NCBI GenBank assembly: GCA_963665275.2
Contig: CAXXIN010000007.1
Span: 640,001 to 704,000, forward strand
Length of the DNA stretch: 64,000 bases
DNA from: Negativicutes bacterium
Lineage (GTDB): Bacteria; Bacillota; Negativicutes; UBA1444
Reading direction: 5' to 3'
In this document: in pieces, positions 1 through 9,920 of the stretch
How the letters are laid out: every line of letters starts with the position of its first letter
Numbering within the stretch: position 1 is the stretch's first letter
Position numbers and translations under genes: made by a program
Notes under the pieces: generated by a model
The model's input: the letters and a program-made list of their open reading frames with translations, nothing else
Databases searched by the model: none
What the model was told of the DNA's origin: nothing

Positions 1-132
1 TGAATACTTTGCGCTAGCAATTCTGCCGGTCGGCAATCCTTTGACTGGTTGTCTACGCCACGTGCCACGACTACTCCAAAACAGGCGGTTTGGCAATAGA
101 GAGAACACTTTTTCTTCTACAATGAAATCCAT
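1..132 (-). CDS. 5' part of a B3/B4-domain (tRNA-binding-like) protein, runs off the window; apparent 1-nt insertion near 90
   Basis: AAGGAG RBS then MDFIVEEKVFSLLP; removing one base continues as TACFGVVVARGVDNQ, a typical B3/4 N-terminus. Confidence 0.55.
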   Translation of the reverse strand, partial: MDFIVEEKVFSLLPNRLFWSSRGTWRRQPVKGLPTGRIASAKYS

Positions 133-180
133 TTTTCTGCTCCTTCCATCTTACCATGCTGCTTATTCCCCATATTATAC

Positions 181-222
181 TGAACAGGCGCCGATAATCA
201 ACAGATTATCGGCGCCTGTTCA
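181..222 (-). terminator. 19-bp perfect inverted repeat after iorB
   Basis: TGAACAGGCGCCGATAATC-aaca-GATTATCGGCGCCTGTTCA. Confidence 0.7.
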
Positions 223-231
223 TAAGGTTGC

Positions 232-815
232 TTATTTTGCCAATGCGGCCACACCGGCCCTGAATGCCTCAATGTTCAACTTCAGGGTTGCCGGTTTTAC
301 ATTTTTGGCAATCTCCGCTTCAAAAATCGATATGAGTCAATTCCATTCCCTTGACCAATGCTCCCAACAGAACCAGGTTCATACCGCGGGCATTGCCGAT
401 TTGAGCTGCAATTTCGCCCGCCTGGATCACTGTTGTATGTGCTTTGGTCGCGAGGCTTTCCAATATATTTTCTGGATAATCACAGCTGCCGATCAAAATC
501 GGGCCGGAGGGAATTTGAAAATCATTAACGACGACTTTGCCGGATGGCTTGAGATATTCCAGCCAGCGCATGGCTTCCATTTTTTCAAAAGCCACCAAGA
601 TATCAGCCTGGCCTTTACCAATGATGGGTGAAAACACTTTTTCACCGAACCGGACTTGGTTGCTGACGCTTCCGCCGCGTTGAGCCATTCCGTGAACTTC
701 TGACATTTTGACGTCAAATCCCGCTGTCATCAATCCCATAGAAAGAATTTTACCGGCAAGAATGGTGCCTTGTCCGCCCACTCCTACCATCAATATGCTT
801 TTTACCTTCTGTCAT
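232..815 (-). CDS. iorB: Indolepyruvate:ferredoxin oxidoreductase beta subunit (two apparent homopolymer insertions near 322 and 800)
   Basis: GVGGQGTILAG and SEVHGMAQRGGSV motifs; corrected frame reads MTEGKSILMVG...IDFEAEIAKNVKPATLKLNIEAFRAGVAALAK*. Confidence 0.85.
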
Positions 816-816
816 A

Positions 817-2597
817 TTATTCACCCACCTTGCTGATTGCCTTGACCGGGCATACTTGCAGACAAATCTTGCAGCCAACGCACTGTCCGGCATCAATGGA
901 TACCTTTTTGGCAGCCTTGTCAAAACGGGAGCGCCGGGACAACCGGTTTTCACGCACATTTTGCAGCCGATACATTTGGCTTCGTCCACTCGGCAAGTGC
1001 CCATGTAATCGCCGAACTCTTCCTTGTCAGCCGCCGAATGCTTCTTGAGTACGCATGGCCAGCGGGTGATGATGACAGCGGGCTCATCCAGCGACAACGC
1101 CCAGGCCAACGCTTCCCGCACTTCCTTCAGGTTCAGCGGATTAACGACCCGTAGCGCATCAATTCCCAAAGCCCTGACAATGGCAGGAATATCCGCTTCC
1201 TTGGTGGGCATGCCTTGCAACGTGAATCCGGTGCCCGGATTTTCCTGATGCCCGGTCATGCCTGTGATCCGGTTGTCCATGATACACATAACCGTATTGC
1301 TGCGGTTGTAGGCAACATGCAGCAGACTGGTCATGCCGGAGTGGAAAAAGGTCGAATCGCCGATCACTGCCACCGTTCGGGTTTCGGAACCGATTCGGTT
1401 GAGAATTTTTTGCGTGCCATGTCCCATGCTGATGCTGGCGCCCATGCAGATGCAGGTATCTTTGGCATTGAGCGGAGCATTGCCACCTAGCGAGTAACAC
1501 CCTATGTCACCCGTAATCATCAGATTCTTCACCTTGCTGAGTTCATAGAAAAATCCTCGATGGGGGCACCCTGCACACAGTAACGGCGGACGTCCGACAA
1601 CCAGCGCCATGTCCGGCTCGGCAGAGGGAATATGTTCCCCCTTGAGAGCGATAGCTACGATATCGGGAGTCAGTTCGCCGATCGCGGGAATCTTTTCTTT
1701 GCCGATACAAGCGATACCGGCAGCTTTGATCTGTTCTTCCATATAGGGTTCTAATTCTTCGACTACATAAAGAGTTCCCACCTGGGCGGCAAAGGCCCTG
1801 ATTTTTTCAATCGGCAGTGGATAGGTAAAGCCGAGCTTCAAGTAGGATGCACTTGTGCCGAACACTTCCTGAGCATATTGGTAGGCAATGCCCGAAGTCA
1901 CGATACCCACTTTCTTATCGTTCCATTCGATGCGGTTCAATTCCGTTGTTTCCGTAAAGGCCTTTAGTTTGTTAATTCGCTCTTCAACTGCAACCCTGCG
2001 TTTGCGTGCCGTTGCCGGCACCAGATCATATTTTTGAACATCGCGTTCGTACGATTTTTTTGCTACGTCTTCCCGCTCGCCGATTTCAACGATACTCTTG
2101 CTGTGACAAATACGGGTTGTAATTCGCATCAGCACCGGCGTATCGAATTGCTCGCTGATCTCCAGAGCCGATTTCACCATGTCTTTGGCTTCCTGACTGT
2201 CACTGGGCTCTACCATCGCAATTTTGGCGAATTTCGCATAGTTCCGGTTATCCTGTTCATTCTGAGACGAGTGACATCCAGGATCATCGCCGCTTACCAG
2301 TACCATTCCGCCATTCACGCCAGAATAAGCGAAACTGAACAAGGGATCGGCCGCTACGTTAACACCCACCATCTTCATGGCAGCCAAGGAGCGGGCCCCG
2401 ATGACCGATGCGCCGATAGCAGTCTCCAGTGCCACTTTCTCATTGGGAGCCCATTCGGCAATGATATCCGCCTTGAATTCCGCGATATTTTCCAGAATCT
2501 CCGTGCTGGGGGTTCCCGGATATGCCGATGCGTATGATACTCCAGCTTCCCACGCGCCCTGCGCTATGGCTTCATTCCCGGTCAAAAGTTTTTTCAT
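817..2597 (-). CDS. iorA: Indolepyruvate:ferredoxin oxidoreductase alpha subunit (apparent frameshift near 930 in the ferredoxin domain)
   Basis: GNEAIAQG, YPGTPSTEI, CAGCPH, GDIGCY, GDSTFFHSG; second cluster motif CVGCKICLQVCP lies in the shifted frame ending at 817. Confidence 0.9.
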
Positions 2598-2643
2598 GCG
2601 GTAGCCTCCTCATCTGTTTCCCATTATGGGTCAGAACTTCAAT

Positions 2644-3228
2644 TTATTTATTTTTTCGCTTCGCATAGGCCAGGATAGCCCCTAAAGCGATGGACAACGA
2701 TGCGGCCACTAAAATTCGATACTCCGGCGGCAACAAAAAGGTTACTGCATGAGCAGGAATCCAAAAGAAAGGAATCGTTTTCAATACTACGAAACTTACA
2801 AATCCCTGCCAGTCAATCCTGTTGGTCACCTCAGCCAAGCTGATATCGCCAATTTTTCTGCCCTCACCGCAGACCATATCGATCGCTGTGTCTGTGAAGC
2901 GGTGGAAAGCCATAAAGGTAGGAGCAAAGGTCAGGTTCATGATGGCACTCGTAAATACAGCCAGCCAAATCGGCTTTAGCGCGCTATTTCCGCCATAGAG
3001 CAACCCCTTTGACAAGGCGCTGGTGGTTCCGGTGAAAAATATCTCGAACATCAGAACGATACCCATGCCGAGAACACCCCATACAGCAGAGCGATAGACA
3101 AGGCCCGGCGGCGTTTTCCAGTGACCGCCCACGATACGGATAGCGATCAATTCACCAATCGTAGCTAATACGGCAAACTTGGCGAATCCCATGAGATAGG
3201 GGTGTGCGAGGGTGAGTTCGGCAAACAA
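2644..3228 (-). CDS. Mpv17/PMP22-like membrane protein
   Basis: Hydrophobic; KTIPFFWIPAHAVTFLLPPEYRIL resembles the Mpv17/PMP22 C-terminal motif; likely TTG start at 3228 behind GAGAGGA. Confidence 0.6.
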   Translation of the reverse strand: MFAELTLAHPYLMGFAKFAVLATIGELIAIRIVGGHWKTPPGLVYRSAVWGVLGMGIVLMFEIFFTGTTSALSKGLLYGGNSALKPIWLAVFTSAIMNLTFAPTFMAFHRFTDTAIDMVCGEGRKIGDISLAEVTNRIDWQGFVSFVVLKTIPFFWIPAHAVTFLLPPEYRILVAASLSIALGAILAYAKRKNK

Positions 3229-3229
3229 G

Positions 3230-4144
3230 TTATGCTCCTCTCGCACCGGAAGCGATGCAACAGGCAAGGGCAATCGAATTCAGTTTCGCTGCGGCCGAGT
3301 CGGCGCGAGATACCATCACGACCGGGTGGGTAGCTCCCAGAATCACGCCAGCGCTTTTTGCTTTTGCACAATGAATAAGCGCTTTCCCCAGAAGGTTTCC
3401 AGCTTCGATACCAGGCACCATGAATAAGTCCACCTGACCAGAAATTTCGCTTTTCAAGCCTTTATGCACTGCTGCCTCCGGGCTCAGTGCTACATCCATG
3501 GCGATCGGACCTTCCATCCGCGCGCCCCCGAATTCACCCTGCCGGTTCATCTCAACCAAGGCCTGTGCGTCCACTGTCGCTGGCATCTTGGGATTGACCA
3601 CTTCGTTGGCAGTCAGGATCGCTACATTCGGTCGCGCAATCCCCAAGGCCCGTAACGCCGGCAATGTGCTGAGCAGAATATCCTTTTTCTCTGCCAGAGT
3701 GGGAGCAATATTCATGCCTCCATCCGTATGAAAAACAAGTTTTTCATCACCTGGAACTTCGAAGGCGGCCAAATGGCAAAGCAACCGTCCTGTCCGCAGT
3801 CCAAATTCCGGATTAAGAACCGCTCTCAGAAAGTCACTGCTATTGACCAGCCCCTTCATCAATATGCCTGCGGGGATTTCCTTCACGATGCTTGCGGCTT
3901 TCAGCGCAGCCTGAGCGACATCCTTCTCATCAACGATTCTTGTATCGGACGGCAATCCAACAATAGCTAACATGGGTCGGATGAGAGACGCATCTCCCAC
4001 AAGTATCGTTTCCGCCAAGCCTCCATCATAAGCCGCTTTCACGGCGCGCAGCGCTTCTTCGTCCTGCGCTGCCGCGACAACAAGCTGAACCGGCCCGTTT
4101 TGTTTGGCGCGATCCATTAGTTCTTCAAATTTGCGCAACACCAT
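3230..4144 (-). CDS. ptb: Phosphate butyryltransferase / phosphate acyltransferase
   Basis: ILMKGLV, DGGMNIAP, EGPIAMDVA, GNLLGK, SRADS motifs; next to buk. Confidence 0.85.
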   Translation of the reverse strand: MVLRKFEELMDRAKQNGPVQLVVAAAQDEEALRAVKAAYDGGLAETILVGDASLIRPMLAIVGLPSDTRIVDEKDVAQAALKAASIVKEIPAGILMKGLVNSSDFLRAVLNPEFGLRTGRLLCHLAAFEVPGDEKLVFHTDGGMNIAPTLAEKKDILLSTLPALRALGIARPNVAILTANEVVNPKMPATVDAQALVEMNRQGEFGGARMEGPIAMDVALSPEAAVHKGLKSEISGQVDLFMVPGIEAGNLLGKALIHCAKAKSAGVILGATHPVVMVSRADSAAAKLNSIALACCIASGARGA

Positions 4145-4158
4145 TATCTCCACCGTCC

Positions 4159-5223
4159 CTATTTATATTCATGAGGTTCCTCTTGATGGCGGAGAACCCT
4201 CAATGCTCCGGCAGCTAATGATTCCAGTTCTTCTTCGCCAGGAACGACGGTAACGGGAGCGATGAATTCCACACGCTCAACGATCGCCTCTACCAAATAC
4301 GGCGCATAGGCCATGCCACCGGTCAGCACGATACGATCGACTTTTCCCTTGAGCACACTCGCCATGGCAGCAATGTATTTTGCCACCTGATAAGATAGCG
4401 CCTCCAGCAGCAATGCTGCCTTTTCATTTCCTTCATCCGCCATCTTTTTGACTTGCCGGATGTCTTTCGTCCCCAGATATCCGTACAACCCACCCGAACC
4501 GAACAATCCGTCACGAACTTCCTGCAACGTATATTTGCCGGAAAAACACAATTTCACCAATTGGCTGCTGGGAACGCCACCGCAGCGATCCGGCGCGAAG
4601 GGCCCTTCATCCTTGCCATCCACCATATCGATCATTCGACCGCCGCTGTGGACCGATAGGGAAACCCCGGTGCCGAGATGGGCAACCACGAGATTGGCCT
4701 CAGTATATTTTTTCCCCAGTTCTGTTGCAACGTTACGGGCCACTGCCTTCATATTCAAGGCATGTGTCATGCTCACCCTTTCAAACCAAGGTGAACCGGA
4801 AATGCGGGCCACCGGTTCAAGCTCATCTACCGATACTGGATCGACAATGAAAGCGGGAATATTCAGTTGCCCCGCCAACTCAAAGGCAATAACCGGCCCC
4901 AGATTGGATGCATGCTCACCGCGTTCCGCCTTTTGCATATCGTGTTCCATGGCTTCATTAACGCGATAAGTTCCGCCAGGCAAAGGCTTGAGCAGCCCGC
5001 CGCGTCCTACGACCGCAGACAGTGATTCTAAAGGAATCCCTGCTTCCATCAGCTCACGCCTGATTAATTCTATACGGTAGGGATACTGGTCAAAGACGCG
5101 GGCAAACCCTTTTAATTCAGTTCCTTGATGTTCCAAAGTCTTTTTCATCACCACAGCGTCCCCGTCAAAGACGGCGATCTTCGTTGAGGTAGCGCCGGGA
5201 TTGATGGCCAGTATTCTTTCCAC
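4159..5223 (-). CDS. buk: Butyrate (branched/aryl acid) kinase
   Basis: INPGATSTK, HASNLG, HALNMKA, PGEEELESLA. Confidence 0.92.
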   Translation of the reverse strand: MERILAINPGATSTKIAVFDGDAVVMKKTLEHQGTELKGFARVFDQYPYRIELIRRELMEAGIPLESLSAVVGRGGLLKPLPGGTYRVNEAMEHDMQKAERGEHASNLGPVIAFELAGQLNIPAFIVDPVSVDELEPVARISGSPWFERVSMTHALNMKAVARNVATELGKKYTEANLVVAHLGTGVSLSVHSGGRMIDMVDGKDEGPFAPDRCGGVPSSQLVKLCFSGKYTLQEVRDGLFGSGGLYGYLGTKDIRQVKKMADEGNEKAALLLEALSYQVAKYIAAMASVLKGKVDRIVLTGGMAYAPYLVEAIVERVEFIAPVTVVPGEEELESLAAGALRVLRHQEEPHEYK

Positions 5224-5275
5224 GTGTATCCCCCTCTAACATTTGACGACAGCATTTTGCTGTCCCATTAAGTAT

Positions 5276-5306
5276 AGAATAAACCCTCCAGCAACAGGAG
5301 AGTCAA
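5276..5306 (-). promoter_or_regulatory. MerR-type promoter of the buk operon: TTGACT-N19-TATTCT with a dyad operator
   Basis: Minus strand TTGACT ctcctgttgctggagggtt TATTCT; 19-bp spacer with dyad ACTCTCC-n7-GGAGGGT, BmrR-like. Confidence 0.8.
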
Positions 5307-5315
5307 TATTGAAAT

Positions 5316-5340
5316 GAAAAAACCTCCGGGAGGCCGGAGG
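5316..5340 (-). terminator. Intrinsic terminator after the MerR gene
   Basis: CCTCCGG/CCGGAGG stem followed by a T-run on the minus strand. Confidence 0.7.
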
Positions 5341-5357
5341 CAAAGGATTTATCTCTG

Positions 5358-6185
5358 TCACCTTTTGGGTTTCACAGGAATTTGAATCTCCGTTACGAAC
5401 CGCCCTGAATCACGGGAAATAAATTCATCAACGATAGCGCGCTCAATCGATTCACCCGTGATCTGGTAGTTTTGTCGGCCAATGAACTCCAACAGCTCAC
5501 GGTACGGTTCTGGGGAATCATTATGACCGCCTTGAAAGAGCAGACAAGCATATTTTCCCGCCGGTAATACAACAGATAACGCCGAATTATCGATTGGGTC
5601 TTCAACTAAAATAAAAACAGAATTATATTCCTGGAAATTTTCTTCGCATAAATTTTCTTCGGATACTGTCAGGCCAACTTTCCCGATAAAAATAGGAGAA
5701 TGCGTGGCTCCGATGAGTTTTTCCAGCTTCCGCACCGACATTTCCAAGCTGGGACCCCGCTGTACGCTTGCCTGCAAACGGATAATCCTTCGGGCCGGAA
5801 ATTGTTTAAGGGATGGCACTCCGACCTCTGTTGAGTTCAATACCGATTCCAGTTCCTCAATCCTACTGCCGAACTTGCGGCGGGTCAGCTCCAGCTCACG
5901 AATTTTCTCATCGATGGCTTCTTCCTGCCTTTTCAGCAGCTGCAAAAAATGTTCAACCCGTCGATGTGTAAAGTGGGCCGTTATTTCACTCAGTGGCACT
6001 CCCAACAACCGGAGATACTTGATAATGTCCAGCTGTTCAAACTGTTCTGTGGAATAGTAACGATAACCGGTATGCCTATTGACCTCAATGGGCTTGAACA
6101 AACCGATTTCATCATAATACCGCAATGTTTTAACCGGGACATTCATTAAACGCGACATTTCACCGATCGAAAATCTGTTTTGCAT
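5358..6185 (-). CDS. MerR-family regulator with GyrI-like ligand domain (BmrR-like)
   Basis: FSIGEMSRLMNVPVKTLRYYDEIGLFKP...GYRYY; C-terminal LPAGKYA...EIQIPV. Confidence 0.9.
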   Translation of the reverse strand: MQNRFSIGEMSRLMNVPVKTLRYYDEIGLFKPIEVNRHTGYRYYSTEQFEQLDIIKYLRLLGVPLSEITAHFTHRRVEHFLQLLKRQEEAIDEKIRELELTRRKFGSRIEELESVLNSTEVGVPSLKQFPARRIIRLQASVQRGPSLEMSVRKLEKLIGATHSPIFIGKVGLTVSEENLCEENFQEYNSVFILVEDPIDNSALSVVLPAGKYACLLFQGGHNDSPEPYRELLEFIGRQNYQITGESIERAIVDEFISRDSGRFVTEIQIPVKPKR

Positions 6186-6221
6186 CAGAGTTGCACCTCC
6201 GAGGAGCTGTTGGCCGAAAAT

Positions 6222-6266
6222 CTATAAACCCCCTGCAGATACCCATTGAGACTGCAAGGGGTTTAT
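6222..6266 (-). terminator. Hairpin after bfr
   Basis: TATAAACCCCCTGCAG...CTGCAAGGGGTTTATA. Confidence 0.6.
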
Positions 6267-6291
6267 ATTCACAAAGCGTTTTTAGAATAAC

Positions 6292-6762
6292 CTACGCATC
6301 GACCTTGGTAGTCAGATAGATCCCAAGTGTCATGTGACCAATCTGGTCCTGATTCTCTTCAATTGCATCAATATGAGCATCTTCATCATTGAGGATATGC
6401 TCCAGAATCTCGCGCGTGGCAAAGTCCTTGACTTCTCCCGCCAGTTTGATTGCTTCGTTATAGCCAGCAATGGCCACTTCCTCAGCCTCATGATCGTACT
6501 GGAACATCTTCGGCACTTCGCTGCCGATGTGAATCGGATTGAGTTTCGTCACCACAGGGATTCCTTCCAGGAAAAGAATCCTCGAAATCAACATTCCAGT
6601 ATGCTTCATCTCATCAATGGCCCGTTTTTCAAAATGGTCGTGGAGTTTGCCATAACCCCAGTTATCGCACATTTCCGCATGAACAATATACTGGTTAATG
6701 GCGGTTAATTCGTCGGCAAGCAACGCATTCAGCGTCTCAATAAGTTTCGGATTTCCTTTCAT
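6292..6762 (-). CDS. bfr: Bacterioferritin
   Basis: MKGNPKLIETLN, ELTAINQYIVH, IDEMKH, EDAHID ferroxidase ligands. Confidence 0.93.
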   Translation of the reverse strand: MKGNPKLIETLNALLADELTAINQYIVHAEMCDNWGYGKLHDHFEKRAIDEMKHTGMLISRILFLEGIPVVTKLNPIHIGSEVPKMFQYDHEAEEVAIAGYNEAIKLAGEVKDFATREILEHILNDEDAHIDAIEENQDQIGHMTLGIYLTTKVDA

Positions 6763-6846
6763 CAGCGTAGCACCCCTTTCATCAAATAATAGTGGGCCTC
6801 ACAACCCCGCATTAAAAAGTATTCGACATCATGGTGAACATTCCTC

Positions 6847-7587
6847 TTAGCGTGCGGGTAATTTCCCGACAACAGCAGCATATACCGCAAACTGGTTTTC
6901 TCCATCAACTCCCAAGAGCGCATTCAATTTTTCATCGTCAAATGCAGCAATAGCGCAAACACCACATTCTAGGGGCGTCGCCCCCAGGTAAAGATTCTGG
7001 CAGACGTGGCCGGCATCCAGAAATATATAGCGCCAAGCCCGTTCGCTATAGCGCCAGGCGCTACGGTACACATCGGCTACCCAAAAGAATGTCATGGCAG
7101 CCGTAGTCACCATGTCCTGTCCCAAACAGGCATCTTGAAGCAACACACCAATTTTCGCATCCGTACGGACGGGTGCAATAGCATGTTCCAATGCAATATA
7201 TCGATAGAGTCCGGCAGTTAATCCTTTTTCCCGGTTGAGTAAAATATAGGTATCCAAAGGATGCCTGGCTCCAGCGGAAGGTACGGTGCGAATCGTCGAA
7301 GCGGGCATGACCTTCTGTACCCCCTGGGTACACCAAAGCAACCACGAAAGTTCCTCCAAAGTCACTGGCGCATGAGAAAATCGACGAATACTTCGTCTGC
7401 CGGCAATCGTATTTTCCAGCAAGGAAGAAGCCGGTTTCAGGGTCTCAGGCTTGGGCAGGTGAATAGTCGGCCCGCTGCCATTGTAGTGAGTCTCGAGGGC
7501 AGGCGCCGCAGTTCCCTGACTCTGCTCCGATGGCGTCAGGTTTTCATAATAGGTCAGGCGGATAAAATCTGTGCCAGTCTGCTTCAT
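6847..7587 (-). CDS. SagB/ThcOx-family nitroreductase-like dehydrogenase
   Basis: RRSIRRF, RTVPSAGARHP, LDAGHVCQNLYL. Confidence 0.85.
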   Translation of the reverse strand: MKQTGTDFIRLTYYENLTPSEQSQGTAAPALETHYNGSGPTIHLPKPETLKPASSLLENTIAGRRSIRRFSHAPVTLEELSWLLWCTQGVQKVMPASTIRTVPSAGARHPLDTYILLNREKGLTAGLYRYIALEHAIAPVRTDAKIGVLLQDACLGQDMVTTAAMTFFWVADVYRSAWRYSERAWRYIFLDAGHVCQNLYLGATPLECGVCAIAAFDDEKLNALLGVDGENQFAVYAAVVGKLPAR

Positions 7588-7695
7588 GGCTACCTCCCTG
7601 TAAATTAACGCAATATTTTATATATTTATTTATTCAACACCAACCTTTGTTTTTCCCCCTTCCTATTGTCTTTTCTTCCAGATAATCTTAGAAAA

Positions 7696-7728
7696 GACAG
7701 CAGTCACCCGAATACGGTGGCTGCTGTC
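7696..7728 (-). terminator. Hairpin downstream of the gamma-CA gene
   Basis: GACAGCAGTCACC...GGTGGCTGCTGTC with adjacent T-run on the minus strand. Confidence 0.6.
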
Positions 7729-7821
7729 TAAGGGTAAATCGTCAATTCTCATTAACCTTGATTTCGCCGCAATACTGCCCAATAATCTAACGCCTTGATC
7801 ATGTACTTTGCATGCCGGTCA

Positions 7822-8367
7822 CTAAACTATCTTTTCGCCGTGGTATCGCTCGCCGCCCGCGTCCGGCATAACCCCGTAGCGTTCTGTCCATAAAGATTTA
7901 TACTTCAGCGCCTGGGCATGGATACTGCCCCATTCGTCCGGGATCGACCGAACCACTTTTGCCGGCACTCCAACGACCAGCGAGTTCGGCGGTATAATCT
8001 GCCCTTCCCTCACCAGTGCTCCAGCTGCCACAATACTTCCGCGTCCAACCACCGCTCCCGTCAAAACAATAGCGCCGATACCAATCAGGCAATGATCTTC
8101 AATAACGGCGCCATGAACTACCGCACTGTGCCCCACCGTCACAAAGTCGCCGATAATACAAGGGTTGTGGTCCGCCACATGTAGCACGCTATTATCCTGC
8201 ACATTACTATAGTGTCCAATTTCGATGCGATTCACGTCGCCCCGTGCCACCGCATTACACCACATACTGCTGTATTCCTTCATTGCAACAGCACCAATAA
8301 CCTTGGCGCCATCTGCCAAAAAAGATTTCGGATCAAGTTCCGGGCTTTTCCCTTCGAATTCTTTCAT
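7822..8367 (-). CDS. Gamma carbonic anhydrase family (hexapeptide repeat) protein
   Basis: RGDVNRIEIG, SNVQDNSVLH, TVGHSAVVHG. Confidence 0.9.
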   Translation of the reverse strand: MKEFEGKSPELDPKSFLADGAKVIGAVAMKEYSSMWCNAVARGDVNRIEIGHYSNVQDNSVLHVADHNPCIIGDFVTVGHSAVVHGAVIEDHCLIGIGAIVLTGAVVGRGSIVAAGALVREGQIIPPNSLVVGVPAKVVRSIPDEWGSIHAQALKYKSLWTERYGVMPDAGGERYHGEKIV

Positions 8368-8512
8368 TTTTCTATACCCCTCTCATTAGAATATGCGTTA
8401 CTATATAGTATAAACCAAAGCAAAAAAAATGGAACCCTCCATGGTTCCAGTTGCTATCCGTATATGATATCGGCAGAGGAAAGGGGTTGTCACCCTGGCA
8501 GTAACGTAATAT

Positions 8513-9067
8513 TTATGAGGCTTGTACGTCTTTGTGATATTGCTGCGTCTGCTGCATTTGCTGCAGATAGGCTTGCATGGTCTGCAGATCGGAATCAGTG
8601 GCTGTGCCGGCAGCAATTTTATCCAGGAAATCCTTCAGATAGTCTTCCTTTGTGGTGCTTCCAGTATTACTGGAGGCGCTGGCATCACTGATGAAAGACT
8701 GTTGGATCTGCTGCAAAAAGCTTTGCATATCCGATAGATCCGAATCCGTTGCCGTCCCCGACGCTACTTTGTCCAGAAAGCTCTTAATGGGATCTTTGCT
8801 GCCACTCGTTCCCGAGCCCGAAGCCGATCCCGTTTCAGCGCCATTCGTCGGTGGCGGTCCCTGCGGCGGAGGAGGCGGTGGCGCACTGCCCGACAATTCG
8901 AACGTGTCACCATCACTATTGCTAGTCACATTAGTCCGAGTAGTCGCCGCTGTTGTTGCCGTGGCAGAAGCGCCAGCGCTGGTAGCCGCGCTTGACGTCG
9001 CGTTGCTGTTTTTCAATGCATTCAGCAGGTACCACCAGTCATTTCCTCCTACGGATGATACATTCAC
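8513..9067 (-). CDS. Ser/Thr-rich hypothetical protein with a poly-Pro run and two tandem helical repeats; possible flagellar-T3S substrate
   Basis: AGGAGG RBS; PPPPPPQGPPP; repeat FLDK(V/I)A(S/A)GTATDSDL..MQ..LQQ twice. Confidence 0.75.
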   Translation of the reverse strand: MNVSSVGGNDWWYLLNALKNSNATSSAATSAGASATATTAATTRTNVTSNSDGDTFELSGSAPPPPPPQGPPPTNGAETGSASGSGTSGSKDPIKSFLDKVASGTATDSDLSDMQSFLQQIQQSFISDASASSNTGSTTKEDYLKDFLDKIAAGTATDSDLQTMQAYLQQMQQTQQYHKDVQAS

Positions 9068-9132
9068 CTTACTTCCTCCTTGTTGTTATGTGTTTCGCTA
9101 GATACAATAATCCTCTACCTTATTTCTATATC

Positions 9133-9199
9133 GTAGAATTTCCTTTGATTTAGCTTTGTTTACAAATCTTTTTCAAAGAATTTTTGAATACAATTTGAA
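9133..9199. promoter_or_regulatory. Three 11-bp-phased direct-repeat boxes in the divergent promoter region
   Basis: ATCAAA-n5-TTCTAC (-, 9149-9133), TACAAA-n5-TTCAAA (+, 9161-9177), TTCAAA-n5-TTCAAA (-, 9199-9183). Confidence 0.55.
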
Positions 9200-9233
9200 A
9201 TAGGATTTAAAACTGCAAATTACGAGGTGGCAT

Positions 9234-9920
9234 ATGAAATTATTGCTGGTTGACGATGAGATAAAACTCCTGGAAGCACTTTCACATACATTGAAAAAAT
9301 CCGGTTATGTAACAGATACCGCTGCTGACGGAGATACCGGCCTGGAACTGGCAATGAGCGGAATATACGACATTATCATCCTTGATCGTATGTTGCCTGG
9401 GCGGACCGGCATGGATATACTGAGGGAAATTCGACAACATTCCATTAACACGCCGGTACTGTTCCTGACCGCACGGGATTCGTCCGAAGATCGTGTAACG
9501 GGGCTGGATGCGGGCGCCGATGATTATCTGGTGAAGCCGTTTTCCAAAGAAGAACTGTTGGCCCGTCTGCGGGCTCTGACCAGACGGCAAACCAAAGACC
9601 TTACTGAAAATACCATAACCGCCAACAATTTGACGCTCAATCCGATGCATTGCGAAGTAACTCACAACGGGGAGACGATCAGGCTCACGGTTAAAGAGTC
9701 ATTACTGCTCGAATTGCTGATGCGAAATGCCGGCCAAGTTATCACAAAAGAGCGAATCCTGTATAAAGTCTGGAGTTTTTCTTCGGACATAGAGATTGCC
9801 AACGTCGATTTATATATCCACTATCTGAGGAAAAAATTACCGGGTCATTGCATCCGAACCATTCGCGGCGTCGGATACTGTCTGCAGGAGGACGATAATG
9901 TTTCGCAAACTGTTACTTAA
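9234..9920 (+). CDS. OmpR/PhoB-family response regulator
   Basis: REC domain (DD, LDRMLP, FLTA, DDYLVKPF) plus winged helix (TIRGVGY). Confidence 0.95.
   Translation: MKLLLVDDEIKLLEALSHTLKKSGYVTDTAADGDTGLELAMSGIYDIIILDRMLPGRTGMDILREIRQHSINTPVLFLTARDSSEDRVTGLDAGADDYLVKPFSKEELLARLRALTRRQTKDLTENTITANNLTLNPMHCEVTHNGETIRLTVKESLLLELLMRNAGQVITKERILYKVWSFSSDIEIANVDLYIHYLRKKLPGHCIRTIRGVGYCLQEDDNVSQTVT

Noticed and set aside
232-2597. Programmed frameshifting or true pseudogenes in iorAB
   Set aside because: Multiple independent homopolymer insertions clustered at the window edge fit sequencing error better.
6847-7587. SagB-like gene as part of a RiPP (TOMM) cluster
   Set aside because: No YcaO, precursor peptide or transporter nearby; stand-alone nitroreductase-like members are common.
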